A DNA stretch of 64,000 nucleotides from Flectonema sp. DT1601 (lineage: Eukaryota), in the NCBI GenBank assembly GCA_964019425.1, contig OZ025799.1:806001-870000 (forward strand). Reading direction: 5' to 3'. This document shows positions 44,148 through 56,300 of this stretch, in pieces (the first letter of the stretch is position 1; each line of letters opens with the position of its first letter). A program made the translations under genes and the position numbers. The notes under the pieces are model-generated. The model was given only the letters and a program-made list of their open reading frames with translations. It had not been told where the DNA came from and did no database searches.

Positions 44148-46724
44148 CTAACACTTTCCATCGAGTTGGATAATGTCGAGGTTCTTCTTTGAGCAAACAC
44201 TGCGCCAGTAATCGTAAGTCCGATCACCAGTAAAAGAATTCAAGTCGCTGAGTAGCTTCTCCGCTTCATCGAACTGACCGTCAGCCAGCATTTCAACAAA
44301 CCCATTCCACTTCCCAAAGGTACTCTCCGCTTCCAATTGGTACATCCATTCTTCTTCTTGGACTTTTCGTAGCGCCTTCGCTTCGTATACCAACTGCGCT
44401 GCTTCTGAATGCTTTGCAAAGCAAACCAGCCGCACTGCAACACAGTCTACATGAACCCTAGAGTGTTCAGCACATCTCTTATCAATCAAACAACTATACT
44501 TTTCAAAGGCCGAATACCTTTCGAGTGTTGCTGCAAATGATACCATCGGAGATAAGATTGAGAACTTCTTCATCCCAACAATTCCGATGTTGCCCACCTT
44601 CGCTTCCCCGGAAGACGTTGCGAACGACAACGGCAGCTGACAGTCCGACTTCGCCATCAGCCCACACTTGACTGCACAGGAACGGTGGTCACTATTAGCT
44701 CGATTCGCATTGAAATACGCCATCAGTCTATCTCCGTTAAATGCATCGCACACTCCCTTGTTTTTCTCCACCGCGGATGTCAAGCATGTGATGAGAGAAC
44801 AGTGTTGTTCAACTATGACGTCGTTGTTCCTTCTTGAATGCCAACCGATGCTGTTGAACATGATGACACTTATTGTCTTCTTCTTCAATCCCATTTCAAC
44901 TGCTTGTTGGTGTTGAGCCACAGATCGACTGTGCGACACCTGTGTCCTTGATGCTGAACTACCTAAACCAGAACTCTTTGAGAGTGGTGACTCTTGACTC
45001 TCCTCATCATCTGACTTCATCAACACACTTTGCGGCATGTAATTCTTGTACTCAATTAAATTCTTAACCATTTTCCTAAACGATTGCTGCATTGCCCTCA
45101 CCTCACTCAGAGAGCTCAAAGATACCGTCAGATCCACGGAATCGGTTTCCATCACAGCAACAGCAGCCATGTCACCACTCAACACAATTAGTGGTGAGAT
45201 TATAATATTTGTGAACACAACAGAGAGCCCTAATAGAATCACTACACAAGTAGCTGTCACCGCGTACATGATGGTGTAGTTCTTATCACGTTCATCATCT
45301 GTGTCTTGTTTGTCTTTCACAATTTGAACACGAATAACTTCAGCAGCATCATCAATAACAGACATCACACTATTACGAGGGACTAGAAGGACTAGGTACC
45401 AATGAATGTCTAATAACTTTACAGAAGCAACTCGCACCCAGTAGAGAACTGATGTGTTGGTGTCTGTCCAGTCAGCAACTGTTCCCGCTGGCAAACTCTC
45501 AATGTGGTCGTAGTACTCACCGTAATTGCTGTTGTTAGCCATTTCTATCATGTGCCTGCCGTGTCTTGCGATTGGAGAGAGTTCCCCGTCTATCATTCCA
45601 TTCAAAGTGTGATTGACGATTGGGAATGGCACACCTAATCTCCAGATTTCAAAACCTTCTGCATTAAGCTGTCTAATGGTGTAGGCTGCCTCACCAACAT
45701 TGCAACCTGTAATGTGCTCCACTTTACCATTCCAGGGATTCTTTTCCAAAGAGTAAAGAACAGACCCGTCAGGGAGCGCTGTTTCCTTCATCATGAGACT
45801 GATACCTGTCGTATCGATAACGGCTCTGACATAACCTGTTCGGAATGCTTGTCTTGGATAAATATTAACTTGCTCAGGATGTGCTATCGGAGAACAAGCG
45901 CTCATCGAGACTGTAGGACCAGCTCCGACGATCGGAGAATGTATTGTGGCATCAGACTCAATTAGTATTGTATTTTGATCTGGGTTCATCATGTTGTAAA
46001 AACATCTGTTCTTCTCAGTTGTGTACTCTTCTGATGCAGTTGCTTTCAAATCAGCAAAACATCTGCCTGCCTGACCTAAATCAGCATAATTACAAGGTCC
46101 CTCAATGATATGACCTGATGCGTTTGGGTTTCCAAACTCAACAACATCCTGATAGTTAAATGGACCATACGGATATGATAAACGACCCTCTGCAACAATC
46201 TTAATGAAACTGCCATCGTCGTTTATCCCACCAACATAGTAACTTATAAACCCTCCCCACGCACCACCATAAGCTTGTCGAAGTGTTTCACTGTTAGGAG
46301 TGACATTCCATACTGTAATTGTCATACTTATAGGTCCGTATTGTTCTAAAACGGATAAGAATTTAGCGAAGGCAGCTTTTCTGATTGTCTTCTCCATGAA
46401 GTCAGGATTAGCTACTTCATCAGGGTGATATTGTGATAACAATTTCACTAGATCTCTCGAAATGATTGAAGGGCCGGCAATACTTCCATAGGCTCTTGTT
46501 CTGAAATCCATCAACACCGACAACAATAATTGTGCAGTCACACTCCTCACATTAGTACCACCACTTTCCATACACTGAGAAATACCTCGATCTCCTGTAG
46601 CGCGAGCATCATCTGTCGACTTGTTCCCCGTCGAGATCGACATCCCTCCCAAGATCAGACCTGTCGCAAAGATCATCGACACTGCCAGTGCCAGAGTGAG
46701 TGACTGAACACCAAGTATTCCCAT
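44148..46724 (-). CDS. TM-sensor-TM-HAMP-class III cyclase-like receptor, copy 6 (858 aa)
   Basis: Paralog with the same architecture and an intact ORF. Confidence 0.88.
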   Translation of the reverse strand: MGILGVQSLTLALAVSMIFATGLILGGMSISTGNKSTDDARATGDRGISQCMESGGTNVRSVTAQLLLSVLMDFRTRAYGSIAGPSIISRDLVKLLSQYHPDEVANPDFMEKTIRKAAFAKFLSVLEQYGPISMTITVWNVTPNSETLRQAYGGAWGGFISYYVGGINDDGSFIKIVAEGRLSYPYGPFNYQDVVEFGNPNASGHIIEGPCNYADLGQAGRCFADLKATASEEYTTEKNRCFYNMMNPDQNTILIESDATIHSPIVGAGPTVSMSACSPIAHPEQVNIYPRQAFRTGYVRAVIDTTGISLMMKETALPDGSVLYSLEKNPWNGKVEHITGCNVGEAAYTIRQLNAEGFEIWRLGVPFPIVNHTLNGMIDGELSPIARHGRHMIEMANNSNYGEYYDHIESLPAGTVADWTDTNTSVLYWVRVASVKLLDIHWYLVLLVPRNSVMSVIDDAAEVIRVQIVKDKQDTDDERDKNYTIMYAVTATCVVILLGLSVVFTNIIISPLIVLSGDMAAVAVMETDSVDLTVSLSSLSEVRAMQQSFRKMVKNLIEYKNYMPQSVLMKSDDEESQESPLSKSSGLGSSASRTQVSHSRSVAQHQQAVEMGLKKKTISVIMFNSIGWHSRRNNDVIVEQHCSLITCLTSAVEKNKGVCDAFNGDRLMAYFNANRANSDHRSCAVKCGLMAKSDCQLPLSFATSSGEAKVGNIGIVGMKKFSILSPMVSFAATLERYSAFEKYSCLIDKRCAEHSRVHVDCVAVRLVCFAKHSEAAQLVYEAKALRKVQEEEWMYQLEAESTFGKWNGFVEMLADGQFDEAEKLLSDLNSFTGDRTYDYWRSVCSKKNLDIIQLDGKC

Positions 46725-47877
46725 TTTCTTAAAATGAGAAAAGAAACCTGCAGTGAGGAGTATGATTAACAAGGAGACATCAATTGACGTGACCTACTGC
46801 ACACACGAAGCAGAAAGTGTAAAAAAAGTGAAGTACGTTATGAATACAAACACATATGATAAAATGCGAGAGAGACTTCATTTTCCATTATTTTTTTTAA
46901 TAATGATTTGTACTTCTCTTTTTTTGTAATAATACCATACTTCAAGTTCAAACAAAACTTCTTTTATATATTTAACCGAAGAATATAAAATATTTTTGCG
47001 GAATGTCTGGAATGCAATTAAGAGAGGAATGCGTCAGAGCACGAGTCCCCGTTACGCCATGAATGAAGATCACATACGTGATACAAATGGAAGGAAATAA
47101 TCAAGACGAACGTCTAACTGAACAGGCGGCTTCACGTCCCTGATAATAAAGTAATTCAGAAAGAAGGAGATATCAAAACAAGTGTAAATATAAATCACGA
47201 CTATGGTTCACCCAAATCAGAGAACAGACACAAGAAGAATGCTTGATATCACTATGTATGTGTAAAACCAACATAGATTGAACGAAAGCAGAAACAAGAA
47301 ACCCGATTCTCATCGAGTTCTGGTCAGTTCATAGTCAATAAGGAGGTATAGCCTTCAACCGGTAAAAGTTTCTAATAAACAAGACAAGGGGATGTACTGT
47401 GTGTCATGAGGAAACTAGGGAAAAGGAAAAGGAAACAACAAAAGAACGCGATTCTAATGTCGCAAAAGAAAAAGAAAAGATCCAAAGGCAACAGATGAAG
47501 GAAAACAAAATGATGGAATCATAAAAACAGGACGAGTGTTGAGATCACTTCGTCTGATAAAGTGAGTTGTTCGCCGAAAAGTGACAATTAGTCTCATGTA
47601 CCGCAAAGTTAGACAGGTCTCGCCTTTGTTCAGTACATCGCAACGCGCGAACTCCGAAAGTAGCCCAGAAAGAATACTTCCTCTTCTTCGATAGGAATGA
47701 CCTGTCGAAGATAATTTTTAGTTGTTTTTTTTTTCTTCCCTCAGAGAACTGTATCTAATATTGTTGGAAAAGATGCCCAGACAGTGAGCTAATTGAAAAT
47801 CTCAAAAGACTTGTGAGAAGAGGCTTATCTCATCTTGAAAAAGAGAGCACCCAATCGCTAGAAAGTTAGTTTAGTTA

Positions 47878-47971
47878 GTTTAGTTAGCAAAATACAAACT
47901 GATGACTACGAGGGGTCTGGGTAGCCCGCATCAGTAAGGACCCAATCGCGAAGATTGTAGTTTCATAGTAT
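47878..47971. repeat. Second copy of the conserved 94-bp element
   Basis: Matches 13781-13874 except CATCAG vs CATCAC. Followed by a perfect 10-bp hairpin GGCTGGAAGT-GATCG-ACTTCCAGCC (47973-47997). Confidence 0.8.
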
Positions 47972-49365
47972 TGGCTGGAAGTGATCGACTTCCAGCCTCC
48001 ACCTTGCCCAGAGTCTAACAGGTTGTAAACAACTAAAGAAAATAAAAGAGAAACGATCTGGGAGTGGGGGGAAGGTGAAAAAAAATAAAAAATCTTCTTT
48101 CTTTCATATACATCTTTCTTTATAATACGACCACATGTGCCATATGCCCACACTCCACGAAAGAAAATAGAAAACCCCGGAACATTACCGAGGATCGTTC
48201 ACCCCCAGTTGTCCAAAGCATTATAAGTGTACTGTGGGCTTACCGAAAAGCTTTAGAAATGTACCACAAAAGATTTGGGCAGCACATAGCCATATCACTC
48301 AGCAAGAAATGAAAACCAAAAGGATCAGGTAAGATGACAGTCAGTTTAAGGTCATAACTGCGCCGGACCAAAGTGCAACAAACGGGGAAGGTAAAACGAA
48401 GAGAATACCCATACAAGGTTGTTGACCTTGCTGCGTAATGAAGTAGCTTCGATACGATATTTAGAATTCAAAACACAGAGGACAGCACACATGGATCGTC
48501 ACTGACTCTGCTTAAAATTCACGTATCTCAGTGTTGTTGTAAAAGTGATACAAAACTGAAGAGAGAGAAAAAACCATTCAGATAATCTGTATGATTTGTT
48601 GACCGCAGACAGTACTACTGGCGCACAGGGAACATCGATAATATTTTGACCCATAATAAAATAAACGGCTCTTAATCTGAATAGTTTCTTCTCCGACTTC
48701 GTCGATGCAAAAAAAAAAAAAAGAAAAAAGAAAGAAAGAAAAAAAAGTGATTTCGATAAACTTTCTAAAGCAACAACTATTAGTGGCAAACAGGACAGTT
48801 TGCAAGAGCAAGAACTTAAAAAGGTTTACATGCTGTTGGTCACTTTGCTGCAACAAACGGGAGGTTACTTTAGGTGCAAAAAGAAAATAGTTAGTATCTA
48901 ACTGAGTTATCATAAATAAATAAAATATTCAAATCAATCAATGAATCGTAAGGATACGAAACAAACTCTAACGGTACTGAAAAAACGTAGTTAGATGCGA
49001 ATTCATAGTCGCGAGAAGAAGAAAAAAAGAGTGAAAAAAAACATCAAAATCTCAAAAGAGAGGGACAAAGAAAACTGAGGAAAAAATATAAATCTCAGAC
49101 GAGCTGAAATAAGAGAGGAATTGGCGTCTCTCATATCGAGAGAAACTTAAAACAGAACAAAATAATCTCGCAAGAAAGTCGTACTGGATGCAAAAAAAAT
49201 GTGATCCAGTCACAAGAAATAATAAAAAAAATGGTTAAATAAAGAAGGCTTTCTCTCACCTCCAGGAGAGATTCATACAAAAACAAACTATGAGTTGAAT
49301 TGAAATTTACAATTCCGGACAACGGAACTGGAATTTGTGTTGAGTTTAAGAAGTGTACAGAGAGA

Positions 49366-51942
49366 CTAGCTGTCATGACTTGGAAACTTTCCATCAAATA
49401 GTATCAAGTTGAGTGACTGCTTCGAACAGATGATTCTCCAGTAGTCGTAAATTGGATCATCAGTAAAGTCATCCAAGTGGATGAGTAGTTTCGCTGCTTC
49501 ATCAAAGTCACTTGTTGCAAGTATTCGTACGAACTCATTCCATCTTTCATAGGTACTTTCCTTATCTAATTGATACATCCATTCTTCATCTTTAACTACA
49601 CGTGATGATATCGCTTCGTAGACTAGTTGTGGTTTTGATGATAGTTTCGTGTAAGAAACCAATGCAGTTGCACGTGATTCTATACTCATCCTTGAGTGTT
49701 CAGCACATCTCTTATCAATCAAACCATTGTACCCCTCAGAAGCCGAATACTTTTCGAGTGTTGCTACAAATGATACCATCGGAGATAAGATTGAGAACTT
49801 CTTCATCCCAACAATTCCGATGTTGCCCACCTTCGCTTCCCCGGAAGACGTTGCGAACGACAACGGCAGCTGACAGTCCGACTTCGCCATCAGCCCACAC
49901 TTGACTGCACAGGAACGGTGGTCACTATTAGCTCGATTCGCATTGAAATACGCCATCAGTCTATCTCCGTTAAATGCATCGCACACTCCCTTGTTCTTGT
50001 TGACTGCGGATGTCAAGCATGTGATGAGAGAACAGTGTTGGTCAACTAGGTGCTCAGATTCAGTCATTGAGTGCCAACCGATGCTGTTGAACATGATGAC
50101 ACTTATTGTCTTCTTCTTCAATCCCATTTCAACTGCTTGGTGGTGTTGACCAAAAGATCGAGTGTGTGTCTTCGATGCTGAACTGTCCAAACTTGAACTC
50201 TTAGTGAGTGCTGTATCGTGACTCTCCTCATCATCTGACTTCATCAACACACTCTGCGGCATGTAATTCTTGTACTCAATTAAATTCTTAACCATTTTCC
50301 TAAACGATTGCTGCATTGCCCTCACCTCACTCAGAGAGCTCAAAGGTATCTTCAGATCCACGGAATCGGTTTCCATCACAGCAACAGCAGCCATGTCATC
50401 ACTCAACACAATTAGTGGTGAGATTATAATATTTGTGAACACAACAGAGAGCCCTAATAGAATCACTACACAAGTAGCTGTCACTACGTACATGATGGTG
50501 TAGTTCTTATCACGTTCATCATCTGTGTCTTGTTTGTCTTTCACAATTTGAACACGAATAACTTCAGCAGCATCATCAATAACAGACATCACACTATTAC
50601 GAGGGACTAGAAGGACTAGGTACCAATGAATGTCTAATAACTTTACAGAAGCAACTCGCACCCAGTAGAGAACTGATGTGTTGGTGTCTGTCCAGTCAGC
50701 AACTGTTCCCGCTGGCAAACTCTCAATGTGGTCGTAGTACTCACCGTAATTGCTGTTGTTGGCCATTTCTATCATGTGCCTGCCGTGTCTTGCGATTGGA
50801 GAGAGTTCCCCGTCTGCCCTTCCATTCAAAGTGTGATTTACAATAGGGAAAGACACTCCCCTACTAAAGGCTATCGTCCCATTATCATCGTGTGCTGAGA
50901 TTAAGTAGTAAGCATCACCAACATTGCATCCTGCGATGTGACTAACAAGACCAGTCCAAGGGTCTTTCTCAACAGCATAAAGAACAGACCCATCTGGTAG
51001 TGACGTAGCTTTAATCATATCTGTGACAGTTGTCATATCTAGAATAGTAGTAACGAATCCTGTACGACCAGCTTGCCTTGGATATATATTCACCTGATCA
51101 CGGTGTATCATCGGTGTACAGGCTTGCAAAGACACGGATGGTCCTGTCGGGACGATAGGGGAATGAATTGTAGTTTCAGAAAGAATAGAATTCTGATCGG
51201 GGAATCTCATATTATGAAAACATCTGTTAATCAATTCCTCACGCTCTGGAGGTAAAGTGTCAGCAAAATCAGCACCGCATCTCCCATACCGTGAGGAATC
51301 GTAATAATTACAAGGTCCCTCAACAATATGACCCGAACCGTTAGTATTCCCAAAGTTAAAAAAACGCTGCAAGTTAAATGGACCATCCGGATAACTGAGA
51401 CGAGACTCTGCAACAATTTGAATAAAATCGCCATTTGGATAAGCACCAGACACGAAATATACAAGTTCACCCCCCCAAGCACCACTGTATGCTTGTCTGA
51501 GAGTGTCACTGTTGGGTGTTTGATTCCAAGCAGTGATTGCAAGACTTATAAAGCCGTAGCGTTCCATAGCATTTAAGTGTTGGGCGTAGGCAGCTTTTCT
51601 TAGAGTTGTGTCGATAAAATCAGGATTCGACACCACATCAGGGTGATACTGTGCTAGTAACCTTACCATATCTTCAGCAACAAGAGTTGGTGAAGCTAAC
51701 ATTGCTGTTAGCTTTGTTTTCGAATCAGTCAATACGGAGAGTACCAACTTAGCAGTAACCTCTCTCACATTAGTACCACCACTTTCCATACACTGAGAAA
51801 TACCTCGATCTCCTGTAGCACGAGCATCATCTGTCGACTTGTTCCCCGTCGAGATCGACATCCCTCCCAAGATCAGACCTGTCGCAAAGATCATCGACAC
51901 TGCCAGTGCCAGAGTGAGTGACTGAACACCAAGTATTCCCAT
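49366..51942 (-). CDS. TM-sensor-TM-HAMP-class III cyclase-like receptor, copy 7 (858 aa, most divergent)
   Basis: Same architecture. Divergent sensor region and C-terminus, but N-terminal, juxtamembrane/HAMP and cyclase-core blocks are near-identical to the other copies. Confidence 0.88.
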   Translation of the reverse strand: MGILGVQSLTLALAVSMIFATGLILGGMSISTGNKSTDDARATGDRGISQCMESGGTNVREVTAKLVLSVLTDSKTKLTAMLASPTLVAEDMVRLLAQYHPDVVSNPDFIDTTLRKAAYAQHLNAMERYGFISLAITAWNQTPNSDTLRQAYSGAWGGELVYFVSGAYPNGDFIQIVAESRLSYPDGPFNLQRFFNFGNTNGSGHIVEGPCNYYDSSRYGRCGADFADTLPPEREELINRCFHNMRFPDQNSILSETTIHSPIVPTGPSVSLQACTPMIHRDQVNIYPRQAGRTGFVTTILDMTTVTDMIKATSLPDGSVLYAVEKDPWTGLVSHIAGCNVGDAYYLISAHDDNGTIAFSRGVSFPIVNHTLNGRADGELSPIARHGRHMIEMANNSNYGEYYDHIESLPAGTVADWTDTNTSVLYWVRVASVKLLDIHWYLVLLVPRNSVMSVIDDAAEVIRVQIVKDKQDTDDERDKNYTIMYVVTATCVVILLGLSVVFTNIIISPLIVLSDDMAAVAVMETDSVDLKIPLSSLSEVRAMQQSFRKMVKNLIEYKNYMPQSVLMKSDDEESHDTALTKSSSLDSSASKTHTRSFGQHHQAVEMGLKKKTISVIMFNSIGWHSMTESEHLVDQHCSLITCLTSAVNKNKGVCDAFNGDRLMAYFNANRANSDHRSCAVKCGLMAKSDCQLPLSFATSSGEAKVGNIGIVGMKKFSILSPMVSFVATLEKYSASEGYNGLIDKRCAEHSRMSIESRATALVSYTKLSSKPQLVYEAISSRVVKDEEWMYQLDKESTYERWNEFVRILATSDFDEAAKLLIHLDDFTDDPIYDYWRIICSKQSLNLILFDGKFPSHDS

Positions 51943-52264
51943 TTTCTTAAAATGAGAAAAGAAACCTATAGTGAGGAGTAGAAGTAATTCGAAGACTTGC
52001 CTTGAAACTCTTCAGGTATCCAACTGCGGACTTTTAATTTGTAATTTTCTATGGAAAATAATACAGATGACAAAACAGATCATGCGCAAGACACGATAAC
52101 AGATTGTGTTGGTAAGGCTAAACGGAATTAGCCAGGTTTGTTAAATCTTTATTTTAAAAAAGCCATCCGGCATCCATCAATAACGATGGAAACGACGAGC
52201 TACATGAACCACCTGTCATGGTTATACTTCAATACTGTATGACACTGAATACTCATCTACCTCA

Positions 52265-52702
52265 TTACAAGAAAGTCATGTAGAAAAACGCTCCCAAGAG
52301 TGCTGCTGTCGCAGTGAGGGGTGCAAAAGGAGGTGCCCCTGCTCCAAGAAAGAATAACAGTATTGCATTCAGAAAACACAATCCCAATAACAGAGGAATT
52401 GTAGATGTTATAAACAAACGAAGACCTTCTTTTCTTCCAATCTTAACAAGAAGTTCAAATCCCGCTATGGCAGGTAGCAGTCCACCGAATGCTGTCCAAA
52501 AAGCCCACTGCATGTATGGGTCTCTCCACCCGGGTTCAGATATTCTCCAAGCAACATAAAACAGACCTAAATAGAAAAAGGCATTAGAAGCGACCTCTTT
52601 AACTGGCATTTTCTTCTTCTCTGGTTTTAGAGGACGACGCATCCCTGGTTGTTGCGGACCGTGACTGTGTCCATGACCACTATGACTGTGACTATGCGCC
52701 AT
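52265..52702 (-). CDS. Small multi-pass membrane protein with His-rich N-terminus
   Basis: 145 aa; MAHSHSHSGHGHSHG followed by ~4 hydrophobic segments; CAG acceptor-like site ~15 nt upstream of the ATG. Confidence 0.7.
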   Translation of the reverse strand: MAHSHSHSGHGHSHGPQQPGMRRPLKPEKKKMPVKEVASNAFFYLGLFYVAWRISEPGWRDPYMQWAFWTAFGGLLPAIAGFELLVKIGRKEGLRLFITSTIPLLLGLCFLNAILLFFLGAGAPPFAPLTATAALLGAFFYMTFL

Positions 52703-53374
52703 TTAATAATATCAATCCTGGTTAGACAATAATAAGATACCATACTAACTAACGAGAACATCATTTGGTGTGATAACTACTGCAATGATACGACAGGAGG
52801 TTAATCAAATCAAACAACACGTCGTCTTGAGCTACATTTATTCCTCTTGACTGATGAGTGAGTGTGTTAACTGTATAAAAACCTTTATAATTAAATAATA
52901 ATCTCTTTTTTACTATTTTCTTTTTTTTTTATGAATGCACGAAGCCAATTAATCACCATGGAAACAGTGAGATAATACTCTTCGTGTTTTTTTTTTTTTT
53001 CCCTTTCTTTTTTTTTTTAAAGAGGGTGTAAATCAGGATGACAGGCATTGAAGAAACAGTTTTTGAAAGCAACGAATAATATTGTCTTTCAAGAACTTTA
53101 AAGTTTGCAAAATAAAAAAAATAAATAAAAAATGAACCGATTAGGCTCAACGAAGAACGTAGCCCATAGCATGGAAAGAAAAATAATAAAAGTTTCTGTG
53201 TAACTAAACACTACTAAAACGTAGAGAAAACTTAACAAACTCGCTTGGAAAAGAGAGAAATATACTTCGGGAAAATAAACAAAACAATAAATGTGATAAA
53301 CAGGACAGAGAGAATGCTTCGGTTTTGGTTTCCCAGAAGGAAACGAAACTTCGAAAATCTACCACAAAAATAAT

Positions 53375-56300
53375 TTATTCACTGTCATCGTCGAGACCTA
53401 GTTCGATACGACGGAGTTCAAAACCTTTTTTCTCATCATGTTGATAAGGTGATTCACCACCTTGAGGAGAGCTCCCATCAGTGAAAGTCATTTCCAACAC
53501 TGGAGCATCAGATAAAACTCTGCTTGGTCGTTTTACTTGTTTCATATTTGAAAATCGTCTGCCGGATGATTTCTTTTCAAGTTCTTCAGACCCAAGAAGA
53601 TCTGCAAGACGACGTGTTTCATCAATCTTTCTCTGTTGTCGAATATCTGCGAATCGTCGAGCTTGATCGAGTGTTGTTGCTTTACGAAAGTCATATTCAT
53701 CTTCTGAGGAAGACGAAATCTCTGGATTTTTTAATTTCATGCCGACTTTTCTGGCCATCGGTGCAAGAGATTGATACGCTTTAACTCTGGCAACGTGAGT
53801 AATCTCTTCCCACGTTAGATCACCATCACCATCGAGATCAATCATGTCGAGGATTTGTTCTTTACCAGCATCGAATACCATGACCCATGCAAACATTAAA
53901 AGGGTTCCCAAATTAATAACTAAAATAACTACCGTGACCAAAACTTCACCAGTCCCTTGAAGAGCGTATTCCGGTGCGTACAACATCGATAAGTTTAGAG
54001 ACAGTGAAACTGATCCCAATGCGAGGTTTTCTAGAGCCCACAGTCTGCTGTACATAAACGGTTTAGCAAAAATATTTATCATCAAAAATGCGGTCATCAA
54101 CCACAACCCGAATAAGACTCGGTATTCAGCATAAGTATCACCAGAGAAGAAAACAATGATGAAAACAACAAGCATCTTTCTAAACATAACAACCATCTCC
54201 CAATAATACCTGTTGTGGTTTTTTTAAATAAATCCAGTAGATGCCAGTTTAAGGGTACCTACCCATCACATATATAATAACAAACCTGTTCAATCTGTAA
54301 CCCGAGTAAAGAAATCCGAGCATTGCGTTGGTACTTTTTTTAAGCAAACCATGACCATCGTAGCCTCCATAAGCAAAGAGTAACTGTATTGGTTTGGGTG
54401 ATTGTTATGTGTATTGTAATGAATAATTGAATTTATAATCTACTAAAGAAAACGCATACCACACCACCAGCTACGGGGATTCCAACACCATAAGCGAGTA
54501 GGAAAACGACTGCAAGGAATCTCCATTTGCTGTATTCAGTTGTGTCACATGAGAGTTTCATATCAATTGAGAGATACGATTCGTGAAGATCAGCAATTCG
54601 TTCACATTTCATTAGAGTAGCGATTTCAGTCATCAGTCGAGGGTATGCTAAGAATATTATAACTAACACTGTTACTATGTATACTTCTTTAACACCTTGT
54701 CCACGTTCCTTCTTGTAACGAACCCTTCCAGCTAAAGTTGTAACATCATACTCTGGTTCTTCTTGAGTGATAATAATCTTACGTAAGACTTTCTTGCCGA
54801 TTATACTTTTGTGTTTAGTGTCGTCATGTCTTGCTTTTAGATGATGGTATCTAGGACCAGTTTTTTCTTTTTCAGTATGCATGACTCGGTGACAAACTTG
54901 ACACATAAGCTCACCACTTATAAGGGGCAGTGATTCGTTTCCTTTTCTCTTTGTTCCAAGTTGCTTTATGCGTTCTTGATGCTTTGAACGAGTGCCAGCA
55001 GGTTGATAGAATGGAGCGACTCTATCTGACCAAGGTTTGTGAGGTTCTCGTTCTTCTCCACAACTATCGCAGGCAACAATAGCAAAGTCTGTTCTGCAGA
55101 TTGTACATTTAAAAAGACCTTCATCAGGTCTCGCACCATCTTCATACTGGTCTTCAGTCTTTGCTTTGAAGGTACTCCAATCACCGTGTTCGCTGTACGT
55201 AAATTTTAATTTCATACCCCTAGTAATCTCTATTGCTGATTTAAATAAAACAGATCCTTTCATTGACTGAGCACTAGAATCCGTCATATCAAACTCTAAC
55301 TGTTCGGCTTCTCTACCTCCAACGACTAACTTTGATCCTTCGAACTTCGGTAGTGGTATTAACCCACCTCCAACAGCATCAAGATGAAGCATGATGAGTC
55401 CGCCAATCTTTATTTCTATTCTTGTTATGTAACAAATTGATTCTGTTGATCCGATGATCTGACGACATTCACCTGTTCCAGGACTGATGTGGTGGAGTAC
55501 TTCAGCAGCGCGTAGAAGTGTTTGAGCGTCTTTGAAGTTTGTTTTTAAAAGACCTCCTCCAGCTTCGGTTGTGAGTTTTGCTTCCCTCGCTGATGCGACC
55601 GTCTGTTCGATTTGCTTTTGAATTCGAGCCCACCTTCGTCTGTGAGGTAGTCGAGAAGTTTGTGAAAAATGTTTATGCGCTTGCATTTCTTCTTCTAACT
55701 TTTTGATACTCGCAGACAGTTCACGAACCTCACCCGCAATATCACTATGCAACGCCTTGTCTTGTAACTCTTCGAGTCGACGCTCATTCTCCGCATCCTG
55801 TTCGATGTGATACTTCTCTACTTCACGAGCCTTAGTAAGTCGCTGTTTCCAACTCATGTTGCATTTCCAACGTTTTTTATCTTCCATTGCATCCCTAGCT
55901 GCTAGTCTGTAACAAGAATCTATTTGATAAAGTCTACAGTAAGAACGATTATCTTCAGCTGTTCTGACAGGAGCTCCAATCGGTTCTCTAATGTAATTCC
56001 ATTTCTTTAAGATTGAAGGAAGTTCTGCACGAGCTTCAACATCAGGGTTAGGAACATCGACTAGGGCTTCATAGATGCCGTCGATGTTGATTTCAAGAGA
56101 AATGACAGTACCGAGTGCCCAAGAGTGGAGGAGGTCATCTTTAACTTCAGCACGTTCACCAGGATTTAGAACTTGACTGATGTTTCGATCGTCGAAATTG
56201 ATTCCTTCGTCTACGATGGCTTCATCGAGGTCTTCATCAACTTGACTATTTGAAATGTTTTGATCAACTGGAAGGAGGTCTTGTGGATCTGTTGAAGTGC

